Shown: positions 35,125 to 53,474, numbered from the whole stretch's first letter. The stretch is DNA of 63,285 nt, filler included, from Collodictyon triciliatum (GCA_043381765.1; 6 parts of 6 records of this genome joined end to end with filler, not necessarily neighbours in it), one strand, 5' to 3'. The notes: generated by a model not told the origin, from the sequence alone. Numbers and translations: made by a program.

Positions 35125-35899
35125 TCATGGCCCTTTCTTCGACAGTCTCGCCTTTTACCATTCAATTTTCACTTATTATATCCACAGCAATCTGCCCATG
35201 TTCTATTCCACCCGTGTTCTATTTTTATATCACCTCTTTAAATCCACCCGAATGTAAAGACCCCTCCTAAAATCGCTCCGCCCGCTTCACAGCCTCGAAC
35301 TAGCCACATAACCACCGCCACCCTAAGAGACTTTGCATGTAAATTCAGATAGTGCGAATTACGAAGCCCCATTCTCTATCTTCACCATAGCCAGCACCCA
35401 AAGTACATTAAGTTGCTTTCATCACCCGTTCTAGCCAGGGGCCTAGATGAGACAGCTTATATCTATGGGGTGCCTTATAAATACCCCAACTAGTGGACTT
35501 TTTCTAGATACATTGGTCCGAAATGAACGCTGGGAGATAGTGCCACAGGACAACTTGCAGTGTCGAAACATTGCTCATGAATAAAGCGGGTTAGGTCTGG
35601 TGCTTTCAGCCATGGTACCTTGGATTGATGCCACTCCCCTTGACCTCAAATATGCATTCCTACTGTAATGCCTGTTTCTGATATTTGTAATGCGGTCAGC
35701 TCGATGATGATAACGATGAAAACAACAGGTAGAGATTCCTCCTCTCATCCTTCGCCCCCAAAAACTTTTTTCTTTGATCTGGCGATATTGATTTATAGAA
35801 AGGTCTGCGCGTTTGAGCCGAGGACACTTTCGGATTCTCATCTTGTACTTTATTCACCGCGCGGTTCCATTCAGACATTCCTTTGAACCAAGGTTGTCA

Positions 35900-38825
35900 T
35901 CAAGCTTCGCTCTTCCACTTGTTTCGGGATGACAAATAGCTGCGCCGTCGTATCAAAGTTCGAAGAAATACCAACGAAGTTGGTCTCATTCCCCCGATGA
36001 CACTTGCATCTCCTAAAGTTCTTGGGTTAGCCAATATTAATTTTTCTTTTTCCTCGTTGGTGAGCGAAGGAAGATTGCGGAAGTCGAATCCTTGTGGAAA
36101 TCGCAGTCCATAATCTTCGCGAAGACGCTTGATTTCGTCTTCTTGTTGGTCCAAATACTATTTCACGATGGAAGATACTCAGTTATTTTATGATGTATTC
36201 TTTGGGTGCTCTGGCAAAATAAACAAGTCTAGATGATGGGATGTTTACGCGACAAGGAGGTACAGAACAAAGAAACAAAGAAACAAAGAAACAAAGAAAC
36301 AAAGAAACAAAGAAACAAAGAAACAAAGAAACAAAGAAACAAAGAAACAAAGAAACAAAGAAACAAAGAAACAAAGAAACAAAGAGTGAACCTCGCTGTA
36401 GCGACACTCGATTTCGATGCGGCTGTCGATAGTTGGGTCAATACTGGAAAGTTCATTCCCAAACACTTTTCGAAAGTTAGACATTGTGCAGTCATCCCGC
36501 CCGGATTCCAGCATATCGGCAATAGTTCTTTGGCGGCCGTCGGATGTAACATGAAACCCTTGGAGTCCCCATTCATGCGAACCTCGGCTGATGGACTTGA
36601 CTGTGGAAAGGCCGGATTCAAGTTTTTCTATTGTCTCTGCGTAAAGTCTGTAGCGGTCCTCTGGCACGCATCCAATATCATACCCTATATTGATTTGTAA
36701 ACTTTTTTTTCCTTTATTCGATTCAAAATATTGATTTGTAAACTTATTATCAATCGTATGAAAATATTTTATTTATAAAAGGAGCTCGAGTTGTCAGAAA
36801 ATTGCAGTAAATCAGAAATACATATTGATAAAGATATTTGCGTAAAGTGAGGTCGAAAATGTTGGGAATGGTAAGGGTTGAGTAAGGTGTTTTGTAATAT
36901 GATTGGTTTAAAATGATTTGGGTATGCCTTTACGGATTTGTTAGATGGTTATTTTGTGTGTTGTGGTAAAATGAGGATAATATGTCACCTTTCTTTGTCA
37001 GTCGAACATCTGCATTATCTGGACGTAGGCTGAGCCGAAACTCTGATCGAGATGTGAACATTCTGTATGGCTCATTGGCTCCGAATCGAGTCAAATCGTC
37101 AATCAAGACACCTGAGGTATGTTAATATTTTGAATATCAAAGGTCATACGCTTTGAAATGCCGGAGAAAATGTCGATAGGTCGCGTGCAAAAAATCAGAT
37201 TAGGTGCATCAACAAAAGTTAGAATAATGTTGCTCAATTATTTTTTTTTTTACATGGAATTATCGAATTTATGCACATAAAAATTATCATCATATTACAA
37301 TAATTAAGATAAGGACTCAATTTCAATAGATTATATTACCAATATATGCGTCTCCACGATCAAGTATGAAGGGCTCCCTATTCTGAGAGCTTAGAGCAGC
37401 ATTGATTCCTGCCATAATGCCCTTTTTTTTTTTTTTTTGGTACAGTTACTACAATAATTAAAAAAAAAAATTGAAAAAAATGACCGTTCAATCGACGAAT
37501 CATAAAGACCTGCGCTCCAGCCTCTTCATATCCTGTAGTCCCGTTGATTTGCCCGGCTAGGAACAAACCTCTGATTTTTTTTGTTTCTAGTGACTTGGAA
37601 ATCTCTCTTGGGTCGATGTAATCATACTCGACTGCATAACCTAATTAACCTTACTATAATGAAAACGCGAAATATTCCTTTGCAATAATGATAATGATAA
37701 ATATTGTGATAAGTAGGTTCTATACCCGAGCGCAAAACTTTGACATTTTCCAACCCCGGGATAGTTTTAAGAAAGCTTTCTTGAATATCAGCAGGTAATG
37801 CATTAGAGAGTCCATTTGGATATATAACATCAGTATTTAACCCTATATTTACCAGAAATTCCGTGATGTTTAAAAATTAATACCTTGTAGCGAGATATAT
37901 AAGGATATATGAGAAAAGCTAACCTTCAGGTTCAAGCCAAATCAAGTGACTGGAGCGATTGGCGAAGCGTGTAACTTTAAGTTCGATGGATGGGCAATAT
38001 CTGATTTATATTTATATATCTTTAATGACACAGGGCATATATGAGAATACATCCTCATACGATTTTAAAACTAGATTAATTGCACAGCTAGTAATTATTA
38101 CCTAGGGGCAATACCCTTTCCATCATTACCGTCAAATTCAGCACTAAGATGTGCATTTTCCCGAATAATATCATGTGTCAGTTTATTCGTGTAAGTGCCA
38201 TAGCAGGGTATAAGATTATTTCTCTGAAGAACCCCATCAGACATATAAGAGAATGGCATGGGGACCTCATCGCTGTGTTGGACAAGTAAATTGGAAAAGT
38301 TTATTGATCTTCCGTCTAATCGGGGTGGCGTTCCTGTTTTGTTTTTAAAGAAAAAAAAAAGAAGCTGGTGATAAGGGTTCATAAACTTAACATGCAGTCG
38401 TTTTTGATTTTGTTTTCGTCAAAGGGGTTATCTCAGTTTTAGTTGATTACAGGCGACGCCAGACTTTGAGAAAAGGAAAAAAAAAATGTACCGGTTTTAA
38501 GTCGGCCCATTTTGAAGCCGATGTTTTCCAAAGTGGCTGCAAGACCAATGGAAGGTCCTTCATCTATCCTACCTGCTGGTATTCTCGTCTTGCCTGAAAG
38601 AGTACGTATAATTTTTGCTTCTTATTCAATATATTTAAATTTCTAAACTGAATTTTCGAAATGCCGGTATATGAAAGCACAATTCAACGACGACAAATGA
38701 TTTATTGTTACTCTATCATAAAAAAATGGTATGGAAGGGGATTTGCGCAAAGACAATTTTTATACTGAAATAAAGTATTTTTGAATATACTCTTGCCCGT
38801 GTTGGCTGCTATTTAACTGAAATAT

Positions 38826-38897
<72 letters not shown>

Positions 38898-39791
38898 TAT
38901 TCATCAAGAGCATAAAAGCGAATAACAAATAGGTATATGGCCGGTTTAAAATATGGAGGTATACCAATATGAATGATTCCTCGCAAAAACGTTCCCGTGG
39001 TGATGACTACACATTTTGAGCGTATCTCTTCTCCATTTTCTTTCCCCACACCCCGACGTGAGAAAGACCGCGAATGGTTCCACAAACATACAAGTTACAT
39101 TTATTCACGAGAATGTACATACCATTCATCACATGAGGAAGAAAATAAAAGACCCTTGGGAGCATAAATATACGAAAGAACACGAAAATGAGCATAGACG
39201 AGGGGAACTGAAGAAGAAAAAAAGCGAAGAAAGGAATACCCATGACCACACCCTCGACCCTGAGCCCCGAGCTGTCGAGCAGAAGGTTGTGCGCCGTCCC
39301 ATACATGAGCGAGAGGTTCGGAACGGATGCCAGGGAGCGCTGCAGGTGCTGCTTGTAGAGGACCCGGTCGACCTGTGCACGGGGCCCGTGGACGGCGGGG
39401 CCCTTCTTGAGATTCAGGACGCGGAACTGGATTCCGGCGGCGTCGGTGATGCGAGCCATGAGGCCGCCCAGCGCGTCGATTTCGCGCACGAGGATTCCTG
39501 CAGACAGGGCGTGAGTCGGGTGCGTCGGGCGGGTTGGGCGCGGCTGGTGGGCCAGAAACCTTTGCCGATGCCGCCGACAGACGGGTTGCACGAGAGCTCG
39601 CCCAGGTTGTCGCGCCTCGGCGTCAGCAGCAGCGTGCGTGCGCCTGTGCGGGCCGAGGCAGCCGCAGCCTCCGTCCCAGCGTGGCCGCCCCCGATCACCA
39701 CCACGTCGGCCGCCGCGCTCTGTGCAGACGCCTGCCTGCAGTGGCCTCCGCTCCCCAGGAGAGGCCGGCCCCGCGCGCGGAACAGCTGCAT
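35900..39791 (-). CDS. MTO1: tRNA uridine 5-carboxymethylaminomethyl modification enzyme (MnmG/GidA/MTO1), multi-exon
   Basis: [103 protein letters not shown]. Arg-rich N-terminus resembles a mitochondrial presequence. Confidence 0.95.
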
Positions 39792-40093
39792 GCGGCGCGC
39801 GGATCTGCGGGGTTGTGTCTCGTCACGTCAGTCTCGGGTCGCGTCCGCCGCTGGGCTGCAGGCCGGCGCCCGAAGAACAAAAAACAAAAGCACAAAAAGG
39901 ACAAAAGACGAAAGACAAAAGACAAAAGACAAAAGACAAAAGACAAAAGACAAAACACAAAAAGGACAAAAGACAAAAGTCAAAAGTCAAAAGTCAAAAG
40001 ACAAAAGACAAAAGACAAAAGACAAAAGACAAAAGACAAAAGACAAAAGACAAAAGACAAAAGACAAAAGACAAAAGACAAAAGACAAAAGAC

Positions 40094-40193
40094 NNNNNNN
40101 NNNNNNNNNNNNNNNNNNNNNNNNNNNNNNNNNNNNNTTAATTAATTAANNNNNNNNNNNNNNNNNNNNNNNNNNNNNNNNNNNNNNNNNNNN
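40094..40193. other. Synthetic contig linker, flanked by (CAAAAGA)n and (TTTG)n repeats
   Basis: N44-TTAATTAATTAA-N44. Confidence 0.98.
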
Positions 40194-41006
40194 TTGTTTG
40201 TTTGTTTGTTTGTTTGTTTGTTTGTTTGTTTGTTTGTTTGTTTGTTTGTTTGTTTGTTTGTTTGTTTGTTTGTTTGTTTGTTTGTTTGTTTGTTTGTCTT
40301 TCGCCTATTGTATTTCACTTCCTCATAAAAAAAAAAAACAGAAAAGAAAAACCCCCCGAGGGAAAAAATTATCAAGAGTAGCCAAACAACCACACGATTT
40401 CGTTATTCTGCGCAGATCAGACGACAAACCATCAGAGACCGATCCCAGGCCCCTTGCGGCAGGGAGCGAGGCAGTTCGTGGAATGAGCACTCTGCCCAAC
40501 GAGCGCGCAGCAGAGCGGAGCATATCCGGGGCGGACAAGAAGATTTGCTGTCTGAAAGGAAGGGCTCAGCGGATTATATATAAGCCTTTCAATATAAAGG
40601 GAAATAAAGAAACCCTTCGGCATGGCCGACTATAATTGCAAACCCCTTTATTTACTTTTCTTTCTTTGTTCAGCCACTTGGGTTATTGGCCAGGCGGAAT
40701 GGTGTTGTGCGCGACTTTTCGCTCTCAGGAACACGAAAAGGTTCGAAATCTGCATATGGTATGTTTATCCAGGAGCCGCAGGTGTGATTTTTTTTTTTTT
40801 TTGGTCTGAAAAGAGAAAAGAAGAGAAAAAAAGAGAAAAAAGGCACGCGGACGCAGGGAGGATCAAACAGAGAAGAGTTCAGCAGGAGATAAAGAGGGAG
40901 TAGCAGGTGGGGCTGCGATTGGCAATGAATCCATGGGAACAGCTTCCGATTGCGCCCGACTCTGTCCTTTGCGCCGCTCTGTTTGGTTGCGCTCGGTGCG
41001 GGCGGC

Positions 41007-44842
<3,836 letters not shown>

Positions 44843-45356
44843 TTTCAGTGCGGACTCTAGGCAGTTGGGGGATACCTTGCTTTGAAAGAAAAAGAAAACC
44901 GAGTTATAGATATATTGAGCACATTGTAGGGTTCTGGGCGAAATTTTAGTGGCTTCTGCTGCAGGGATGATGGAAAAGGACTGGTTGGGGCTGAAGGAAT
45001 CTGCCGGTGGACGGCGCCAAGCCTCGCGCGCGGTCGGCCGCACGGGTTTCGTTTTCGCTGACGCATCTGATGTTCTGATTCATCTCCAAGCCAGATTCAT
45101 CTCCAAGCCCAATTGAGAATAATAAACGTGTGGCCGGTTCAATTATCTCGGCTCTCTAAAAAAATCATTATATTTGTATAGATTTGTGTAAATTTATATT
45201 TATAAACACGCTTATAAACATCAATAGTAGCTTAGTACAATATAGTATAATTTCCACAAATAGATATTTTGACTTTGCCTTTGTTCTTTTTTTCTTCTTG
45301 CTCCGCCTTTCTATCTTGTGAGCGCGAAGGTAAAACTGCTTGCGACCGAGCGAGGG

Positions 45357-48142
45357 ATGAGCGAGAGCCCGAACGGCCCAGCCAGCCAGCGGCAACTGCC
45401 CAACAAGGATGAAAACCCACCGAAGCGCGTGAGCGTGTCTGTTCCGCCCATTCCCTTCAAGCCGATCTCGCAATTGACAGCCTCAAAAACGCCCCCGGTC
45501 GACCGAAGTTTCCTCTTTCGAGCGCAGCAGCAGGCAAGAAAGGTTTCTACCGAGCAAAGTGGCGTTGAGTCTGGTAATCAACTATTTGTGTAATTAGTGC
45601 ATTCACTCCTAGGCTCATGCCATCTTTTGCATTTGAATAGTTTTCGTCTCTAAGGCACCTTCATTCCCTCAAAATCATAATCATAATCATAATCATAATC
45701 ATAATCATAATCATAATCATAATCATAATCATAATCATAATCATAATCATAATCATAATCATAATCATAATCATAATCATAATCATAATCATAATCATAA
45801 TCATAATCATAATCATAATCAAAAATTTTAAGTGCTTATTTACCAAGATAATCATCCAACATTAAAATTACAACTGTGTTCGATTCATCTGTCACATATT
45901 TAGGATATGTATATACTGAGACTTACCACAGCCCCATCTTAATCAATAGTATCATTTTGTGCTGCTCAAATTGATACAATAGATTCGACTGCAGAGAAGG
46001 TAGCGCCATCGAATGCCGACGAGAAGAGTAGAAAACTAGATGCAAACCAATCACCTTCGATTGAGTCTGTGGACAGCAGTGCGATACAAAAGGCTCCGGG
46101 AAACATCATAAATCCGCTTTTCAAGGGATTGGTAAAAGAAAAACAGCCAAATATCGACACTATGACTACACATGAATTATTGGGGCCTGAAACAGCATCT
46201 GCATCAGAATCAGAGTCACCCAACAAATCTGACAGAAAGGGGGTGGATAGGTAGGTCGACCATTTGATTAGATTCTCTGAATTCTGATGCTATATCTTTA
46301 TCACCTTTATTTGATTCAAAGTGAATTTTGATGATATATATTTTCTGATGTTAAGCTTATACACTTTTTTTTACCTTAGTATTTGTGTGTATGCGCAATT
46401 ATATTCCTTTTCATAATAAGATTTTTTTTTATCCTTGTAAAAACATGAATGTGATATTTAACAGCTCTGCAATTATAAATAATGTATATTTCATTCAGTG
46501 ATTTAGTTATGGTTGGAGATCCGAAGTTCATCCTTGTCAACCACAATCAAGTGATTGTCACATTGATTTCCGAAGCACCCATTTATATAAATGTGTTTTT
46601 TTTTTTTAAAAAAAAATCTCTTTATTTAACAACTTACTGCAAAATAGAATTCCAATCCCATTTTGAAGCATGTACGAAATGAGCGGTATAAATTTTCCAA
46701 CATATTGCCCGATTATCTCATAGGAGATACCAGTTGTATATTGTTTCTAAGGTATCAAAGTTATTCTGGCTATCGCGGTACACTCCTACCCCATATCTCC
46801 CATCCTTTACTTTACAGACAAATGACACAATTCTATTTTTTCTATATAGCTTGCGATTTCATTCCCTTCAGCCTGATTACATTTTTCAGAGGGTAAAGCA
46901 GCTAGGAAGAAATTATCGCCTTCGGGTTTTGTTATGCTTGGTAGACATGGTATATATATCCAATCTACTCAAATAATTGTCCCACAGTGTTCATATATTT
47001 AACGTTTTTCAATTATCATACCACATAATAGGACGACTGTGCAAATAAAATCGTGGACTTGAATAGAATAGCCATGTTTGGGGAAATGAGTCTCATACTT
47101 GCATGGAGGTTTTGTCTTTATTCTATTCTGAAAGGAATTGAGGGCAGCTCGGTTCCTATAGTTTTCATTTCATGGTTATATTTGCAATAATCGTGATTTT
47201 TCTCACTTGTTACTTTCTTTTCTTTTCCTATTTAATGAAAAATACATACGGCGGTGGGTATAAACTACATAATATTCTAAAATTTTATCACATGAAAACT
47301 ACGGTAGTCATTTGGAAGCTGCGCGGTACATAGAAACATTTAAGGCATATGAAAACAAAGGACCTGAGCTTATTCAAGGAAAAGCTTCATCTGATACTGT
47401 GTCAAAAGTGAGAATTAAGATTTTTATTTTCTATTTAAATCACACAATTTTGTGAAGATTCACACATTTTCTTCTATAATAATACGTAAATACATGTACA
47501 TTAAAATATAAATGACAGATAACTGAGTGTCTAACGGCAATCCGATCAGTGAATAAAAGCGACGCTATTACATTCATATCTACTTTTGGAGTATTTATTC
47601 TTTTATACCACTTTAAATCCATCAATATGAGCATTATTTAACTACATTTAGAGTTTGTATACTTTGTTCATGCTTTTGGACTATTTGGTAAGTTTACTTA
47701 TTACTGTGTAGTCAGCAGGCAAAATATTTCAAGCATCCAAGGACAAACTCATCAATTGCCCTGGTGTAGGGGAAAAAAAGGTTGGATGTACAATACAATA
47801 CAATACAATACAATACAATACAATACAATACAATACAATACAATACAATACAATACAATACAATACAATACAATACAATACAATACAATACAATACAATA
47901 GATGATTTAATATGCCCGAATGATTTCAAACTGATTTTTTCTTTCTTTGTGCACATTTATCTTGTTGCCAAATCATGTTCGCATGAATGACCTGAATTAC
48001 AACACAGTTATCTAGAATATACGACGCATTTCATCAACCCTTTCTTACCAGAAAGAGACCTTCTTGTGACCTGTCAATAGAAGAGACGGGTAATGCTTGC
48101 TCTGGAAATCACACTATTGATGTTGAAAGAGACACAGAATAA
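45357..48142 (+). CDS. ERCC1: DNA excision repair protein ERCC1/Rad10, multi-exon
   Basis: ILVNHNQNSNPILKHVRN, PDYLIG..CILFLSLRFHSLQPDYI, YRLRVLLCLVD, LILAWSHLEAARYIETFKAYENK, LTAIRSVNKSDA, CPGVGEKK..IYDAFHQPF. Confidence 0.92.
45673..45820 (+). repeat. (AATCAT)n intronic microsatellite
   Basis: Direct read. Confidence 0.95.
47789..47900 (+). repeat. (TACAA)n intronic microsatellite
   Basis: Direct read. Confidence 0.95.
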
Positions 48143-48798
48143 AAAAAAAAAAAAAATGAAGCTCCCCGTCTATTTTTTTTTTTTTTTATTACTCATTCAC
48201 CCATTCACTGGTAATTGTATTACGAGTAAAGTTTCGCTCCCTTTTTTTCTCCTTCCGTTTGATTTTAGCATACAAAATACCGTTCCTTGGAGTATATATT
48301 GAGTAGAAAAAAAAAACACATATTCATCTTTATATCTTTTTGCTAGCTTCAATGAAAAAAAAAAAAGGTCTCCTTTGGTCATATGAAAAGGCACTATACT
48401 TTGATGATTCCAACCCCTGTCACCTTCACATTTGGAAAATATTTTTCTGTTCTCGTGAAAGTAGTCTAATATTTTGTCAATAATCTTCGTTTCACCCTAT
48501 CGTCTTATATATTTCACTTTATTTTATTTTTCTCCCATTTTGAAGAGAAGGGGGAGGGGAAGGGGAAGATAAAGGGATAATCCGAGCTCTTTTTTATTTT
48601 TTTTGGGAAAAAAAAAAAGACAATAGCAAAGAAACAATGTGGTAAGACTGATATTGGGCTATATGGGGTTCTCATTATGAGAACTGTAGTTTTTTTTTTT
48701 TTAAAAAAAAAAGCATGCAATTTTCCTCACAGCACTCATGGAACCTGTTTATAGATTTAAATGTGGTACTTTGTTTGTTACTAGATTCCTGATAAAAA

Positions 48799-51700
48799 TT
48801 ACCCTTTGAGTTCTTCAATATATTCAAGTGTCTGATGCGTTTCTTCGTCCTCATCGCCGAGTTCATTGCGTTGTATTTGATAGGCTAGGCAAAAATACTC
48901 AAGTGATTTCTTATCTTGTTCTTGGTCGTAGTAAAGAACTCCGATGTTAAAGTAGGTGGTTGCCAAAGGAAGAGGTTCATCTGAAAAGTGCTCCTTTTGA
49001 ATCTCTGCCAGACGAATAAAGTGAGTAAGGGCTTCATCGACTTGCCCAATCTCATTCAGAGTGCACGCAACATATCGGAGTGATGATAGAAATGGGGGTG
49101 AGCATTCACCAAGTACTTTCTTTCGGATTCTCATAGAGTCTTGAAACTTTGTCAGAGCCTTTTCCACTTGTCTTTGTGCTAGGTAGAGAAGCCCCATATT
49201 GAATATGATTGATGCAATTGCTTCATTTTCCTCACTGGAGCGATTTCTTTCATTTTCAAGTGCGGAATGATAGTATTCTTCTGATTTTTGATATTTAGCC
49301 ATATCCTTAGATGCAATAGCCAAATTAACAAACACACCAGACAGGCATGGGTGACGGTGACCGTAAATTTCTTGATAGATGGATAAAGCCTTCAAGTGAT
49401 AATCAAAACTTTGGTGAGGCTTTCCGCTCCTTGTGCATATAACACCTAAATTATCCAAAATAGCTGCAACTTCGGGATGATTTTTTCCTCGCCTTGCCTC
49501 CAATACTTGAAGACACTGCCGATACGTCGCGTTGGCTTCCTCTACCTTTCCGTCTTTCAAAAGAGCTGATGCCAGATTTGACTGAACCAGAGCAATATCT
49601 GGATGTTCTTTGTGGAGCAACTGGGACAATATTTCTATCGATTTTTGATGAGCCTTGACTGATTCCTCATATTTGCCGCACCGAGTGAAATGAAGTCCCA
49701 GGTTATTGTAGGAATAACCTATGGATATATTTGATTCTCCATAGCTCTCTACCCTGATGTTCATTGATTTTTCAAGCACTTGGTATGATTCTGTGTGTCT
49801 TCCCAAGTTCCCTAAAGCCAGAGCATAATTGTCAAGGCAAGATGACTCATAATCGACCTGGTTTGGTAAATAGGCATTGGGGATTAATTCGAGGACTTTC
49901 TCATAATACCCGGTACACTTTTTATAGAGCTCCTGTTCAAGACATAACTTGGCTAATTCAGTTAAGGCATATACATGATCATCACTAGTTATAATAGTCT
50001 GGTCAGTGACAACTCTTTCGAGCAATTCCAAAGCAGCTTGGCGTTTGTGAAATGCCACATAAAGTCGAGCCACTTTTAATGCAAATACTGCATTCCAAGA
50101 AGTCTTCAATAGTTTACCATATTCATTCTCAATTTCATACCCATTTTCTTTCATCGTCCTCCACACTCTTAAGAGGAAAGTTTTTATTGGATATTCCAAT
50201 GTCTTCACACTTGCATCTTTATGAATTAAAATATCTCTGGCATAATGGAGCTGGTTATTTGTTATATGCACATCAATAATGTTCATGATTGAGCGAGAAT
50301 CCAGATAAGTTAGCAGAGGGAAAAAGTAATCTTGTATCTTGGAGCATATTTTTGTGACTTCGACAGAAGGGGTTCCATTCTTGCTGAATCCCCACGAATA
50401 AGCCGCATCGATTATTATTTGGTTGAGAAAAACATATTTGTCATCATTTTGACATAGTATCACACTTAAGGCGGAGAAGAACGGGCTCCAAATGCAATGT
50501 GGAACCTCGCACATATATTGTAGGTCTCGTTCTCGAAATCCACTTTTTGATACGCACAAAGCTGATATGGTTTCCAAAACAAACGTTTCGTATCCTGGTT
50601 TTGAAAATGACTTTTCATACTCATCCATAAGAGAGATTATTACGAACCTGATACTGCACTCTCCTTTGATTGATTCAAATATCTCTCTGATAGTATCAAG
50701 GGTTTCAGCTATCTGAAGCCTTCCTAACAGCACTTTAAGAAAAAGTGGATTACGGCATTTGGGATCTTGAATAAGTAACACCATAAATTCTGGGTCTAAA
50801 AATGTTTTAATAGACGGAATTAGGTCAGTACAAATTTTTTCGATATCTTCATCTTCCAAGAAAGTGGCGTCCAAATGGCGACAATGAGTCATTTTCAGCT
50901 CTCGAGAATTCGCAAATTCTTGGGAGCAGGATAATATTATTTTTAGATTATGTGGAAGAGGAGAGGGTATCCAGTTCATCCAGTCGGGTAATAATAGAGA
51001 CGTGTCCATCCTGTCCATATCATCAATAATGATGACAAAAGGATCCTCAGACTTGAAATGTGAGTTTATCAGGTCAGGAAAGTCTATCTGTATGTTTTGT
51101 TCTTCAGTGCAATACGGTATGCCCAAAGTGGCAAGAATCCGTAAAAGCATGACCTCGATATTTGTAGATTCGAGTGTTTGTCCTATGTAGTGAATGAAGG
51201 TTCTTCCTTTGTCGAGGAGTGAATGTAGCTTGGACATTAAAGCTGTTTTCCCAGACCCTGATGTTCCAGAATATACTAGCGGGACGCTTTCTACTGTGTT
51301 AATTAATGAAAGAACCTCCTGTAAAAGTCGTGCTCTGCCCCGATATAATTTAGATACATATTTACATATTTTGTCGTTTACATGGTCGAGTGAAGCGTCA
51401 AATTCAATAGGATTCGTATTTAAAGGAAAATGTGATCTTAAATCAAGCTTAAATGCCTCAGCAAAGGAATTTAAAAATCCAGGAGTGTAATTGAAATTTG
51501 ATACGACAATCGGATGTGGAGATGAGCCAGAAGATAAAAAGTCCTTTATGTCAGATATTTTCTCAACATCATAAGGCTCGCTGGATGGGGTATTAGACTC
51601 TTTAAAATATGCATATCCCTTTTTTATTGTGTGAGACTTCACAGTCAGGACTCGAATCTATATGTGACATTCAAATAATTAATCAAATGAAAAAAAGGGA

Positions 51701-53039
51701 AAGAAAAATTTGCACATATATCGACAAATACAATTATATTAACATGTCTGCATACACATATTAAAGAAAAGAAAAAAAGGTGACCTCATATTCGATATCA
51801 CTAGCATTAGAGAGGTTCGCAATGGATAAATATTTTGACTTGATAGCCGATAGGCCAGATTCATCATCTGATGATGAATCTGGAATCCAGCCATATTTCG
51901 ATCCAACGAAGAATAGAAAATAATCTGATTGCCTAGAATCCCTGAAAGTCGTTTCAAGATTGATTTGGGGCCGTGATGGTGACAAATCGATAAAAGCACG
52001 GCTATCTTGGATGGTAAGGCTTATTTTTCTCTCAATACAGTAACATTCCAAAAGAGTGAAAATTTTTCTAGCTTCTTTTCTCTCATCTATGACTCCAATT
52101 GCAGGAGCAACAACAGTTAGCCTTATTTTTGGCTCTGGGGCATTCTGCATCCGAACTCCAATTTTTTTTGTCTTAATTGGCTGTGATAATGAAAATCTGC
52201 GGAGGGAAGATAATATATCATCGATGCCCAATTCAAACAATTCTATTGGTATTTGATCATCTATCACACTTTTATTGATCTTTGAAAGGAAAGGTTCTAC
52301 TTTTTCTAAAGTACTTGACCTTCTTCTGGACGATAATGACTTTTTTCTATTACCGAATGACACGCTAGGGCGATGTGACAAAGAAAGTCTCTTCTGAGTC
52401 GTAGATGCGTTGGTACCATCAACGTTATCATCTCTGGTCAAAGTATATGTTGAATCTTCAACATTTTGGAATCTGGTGTGATTTTTCTCGTCCTTCTCGG
52501 AAATATTTACCGACCTTAGATTACACCTATTTGACTGTTGCTGTAACGCAAGCGCTGTATGACTCAGTTCTTCGGTACTCGTAAATAAGTTTGTCACATT
52601 CTGTGGTCTTCCTTTTGAGTCGATGTCCTATTTTGTGTATCCGATAAGATACCAAAATTAGTTGACGCTAATAAAAAAAATCATGGTGCGTGAGGGATAT
52701 GCACAACTCAAGTAGTCATATCAATAAAATTACGTAAGAATGAAGCGAAGATTCAAAAGATAGAGTCTTTTGGTTAGATTGGGGGAGGGGGAGGGGGAGG
52801 GGGACGGTCCCTGTATTCACAACCTCGGGAGATGGATCCACAAAAATCGAAGAATTGAGCAGGGGATCGCTTTTAAAAGGGACTGTAGTGTACAAACATA
52901 TTGAGTTTTTAAAATCTGTATGACATGAACGATGATTTATAATCATTTTTGCCGTATTAATAGCAGATTTATATAACCTATCTCCATCATGATATATTAT
53001 AGCATAAATGGATATTTCTTTCTTTCTAAAATAATTCAT
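48799..53039 (-). CDS. NPHP3-like DUF4062-NACHT/STAND-TPR protein, intron-poor (5' end uncertain)
   Basis: Exons 52627-51785 and 51657-48799 join in phase. Degenerate DUF4062 (FLFFVGSKYGWIP), Walker A SGTSGSGKT, Walker B FVIIIDDMD, NPLFL, and a kinesin-light-chain-type TPR array (HPDIALVQSNLA; HPEVAAILDNLG). Confidence 0.85.
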
Positions 53040-53379
53040 TCATTAAATGAATATATATGTGAGACTCCTGAAATATTGTCTGTAAAATCTCTACAGCGGT
53101 GTCATACAAAGTAATACTGACCAGTGTTGAGTGAAAAAGAATTTCCGGAAGGAGAGCTAGCATGTGGTACTATCGGAAGGGATTCCCTCTCTATCTCTTT
53201 TAGCGGAACGACGGATGTTCTTTTTCGTTGATTTGAGACAGAACAACCCATTCGAATACAATAAAACTTCGAAACTCTAGAAGTAAAATTTTTTATGAGG
53301 CTAACGTGTGTCTTTGACTTGTGACTAAGAGGGGAAAAAAATAAATCTGTATGAAATCGTAGCGAAAAGAAATGGAATT

Positions 53380-53448
<69 letters not shown>

Positions 53449-53474
53449 CAAAACAAAACAAAACAAAACAAAAC

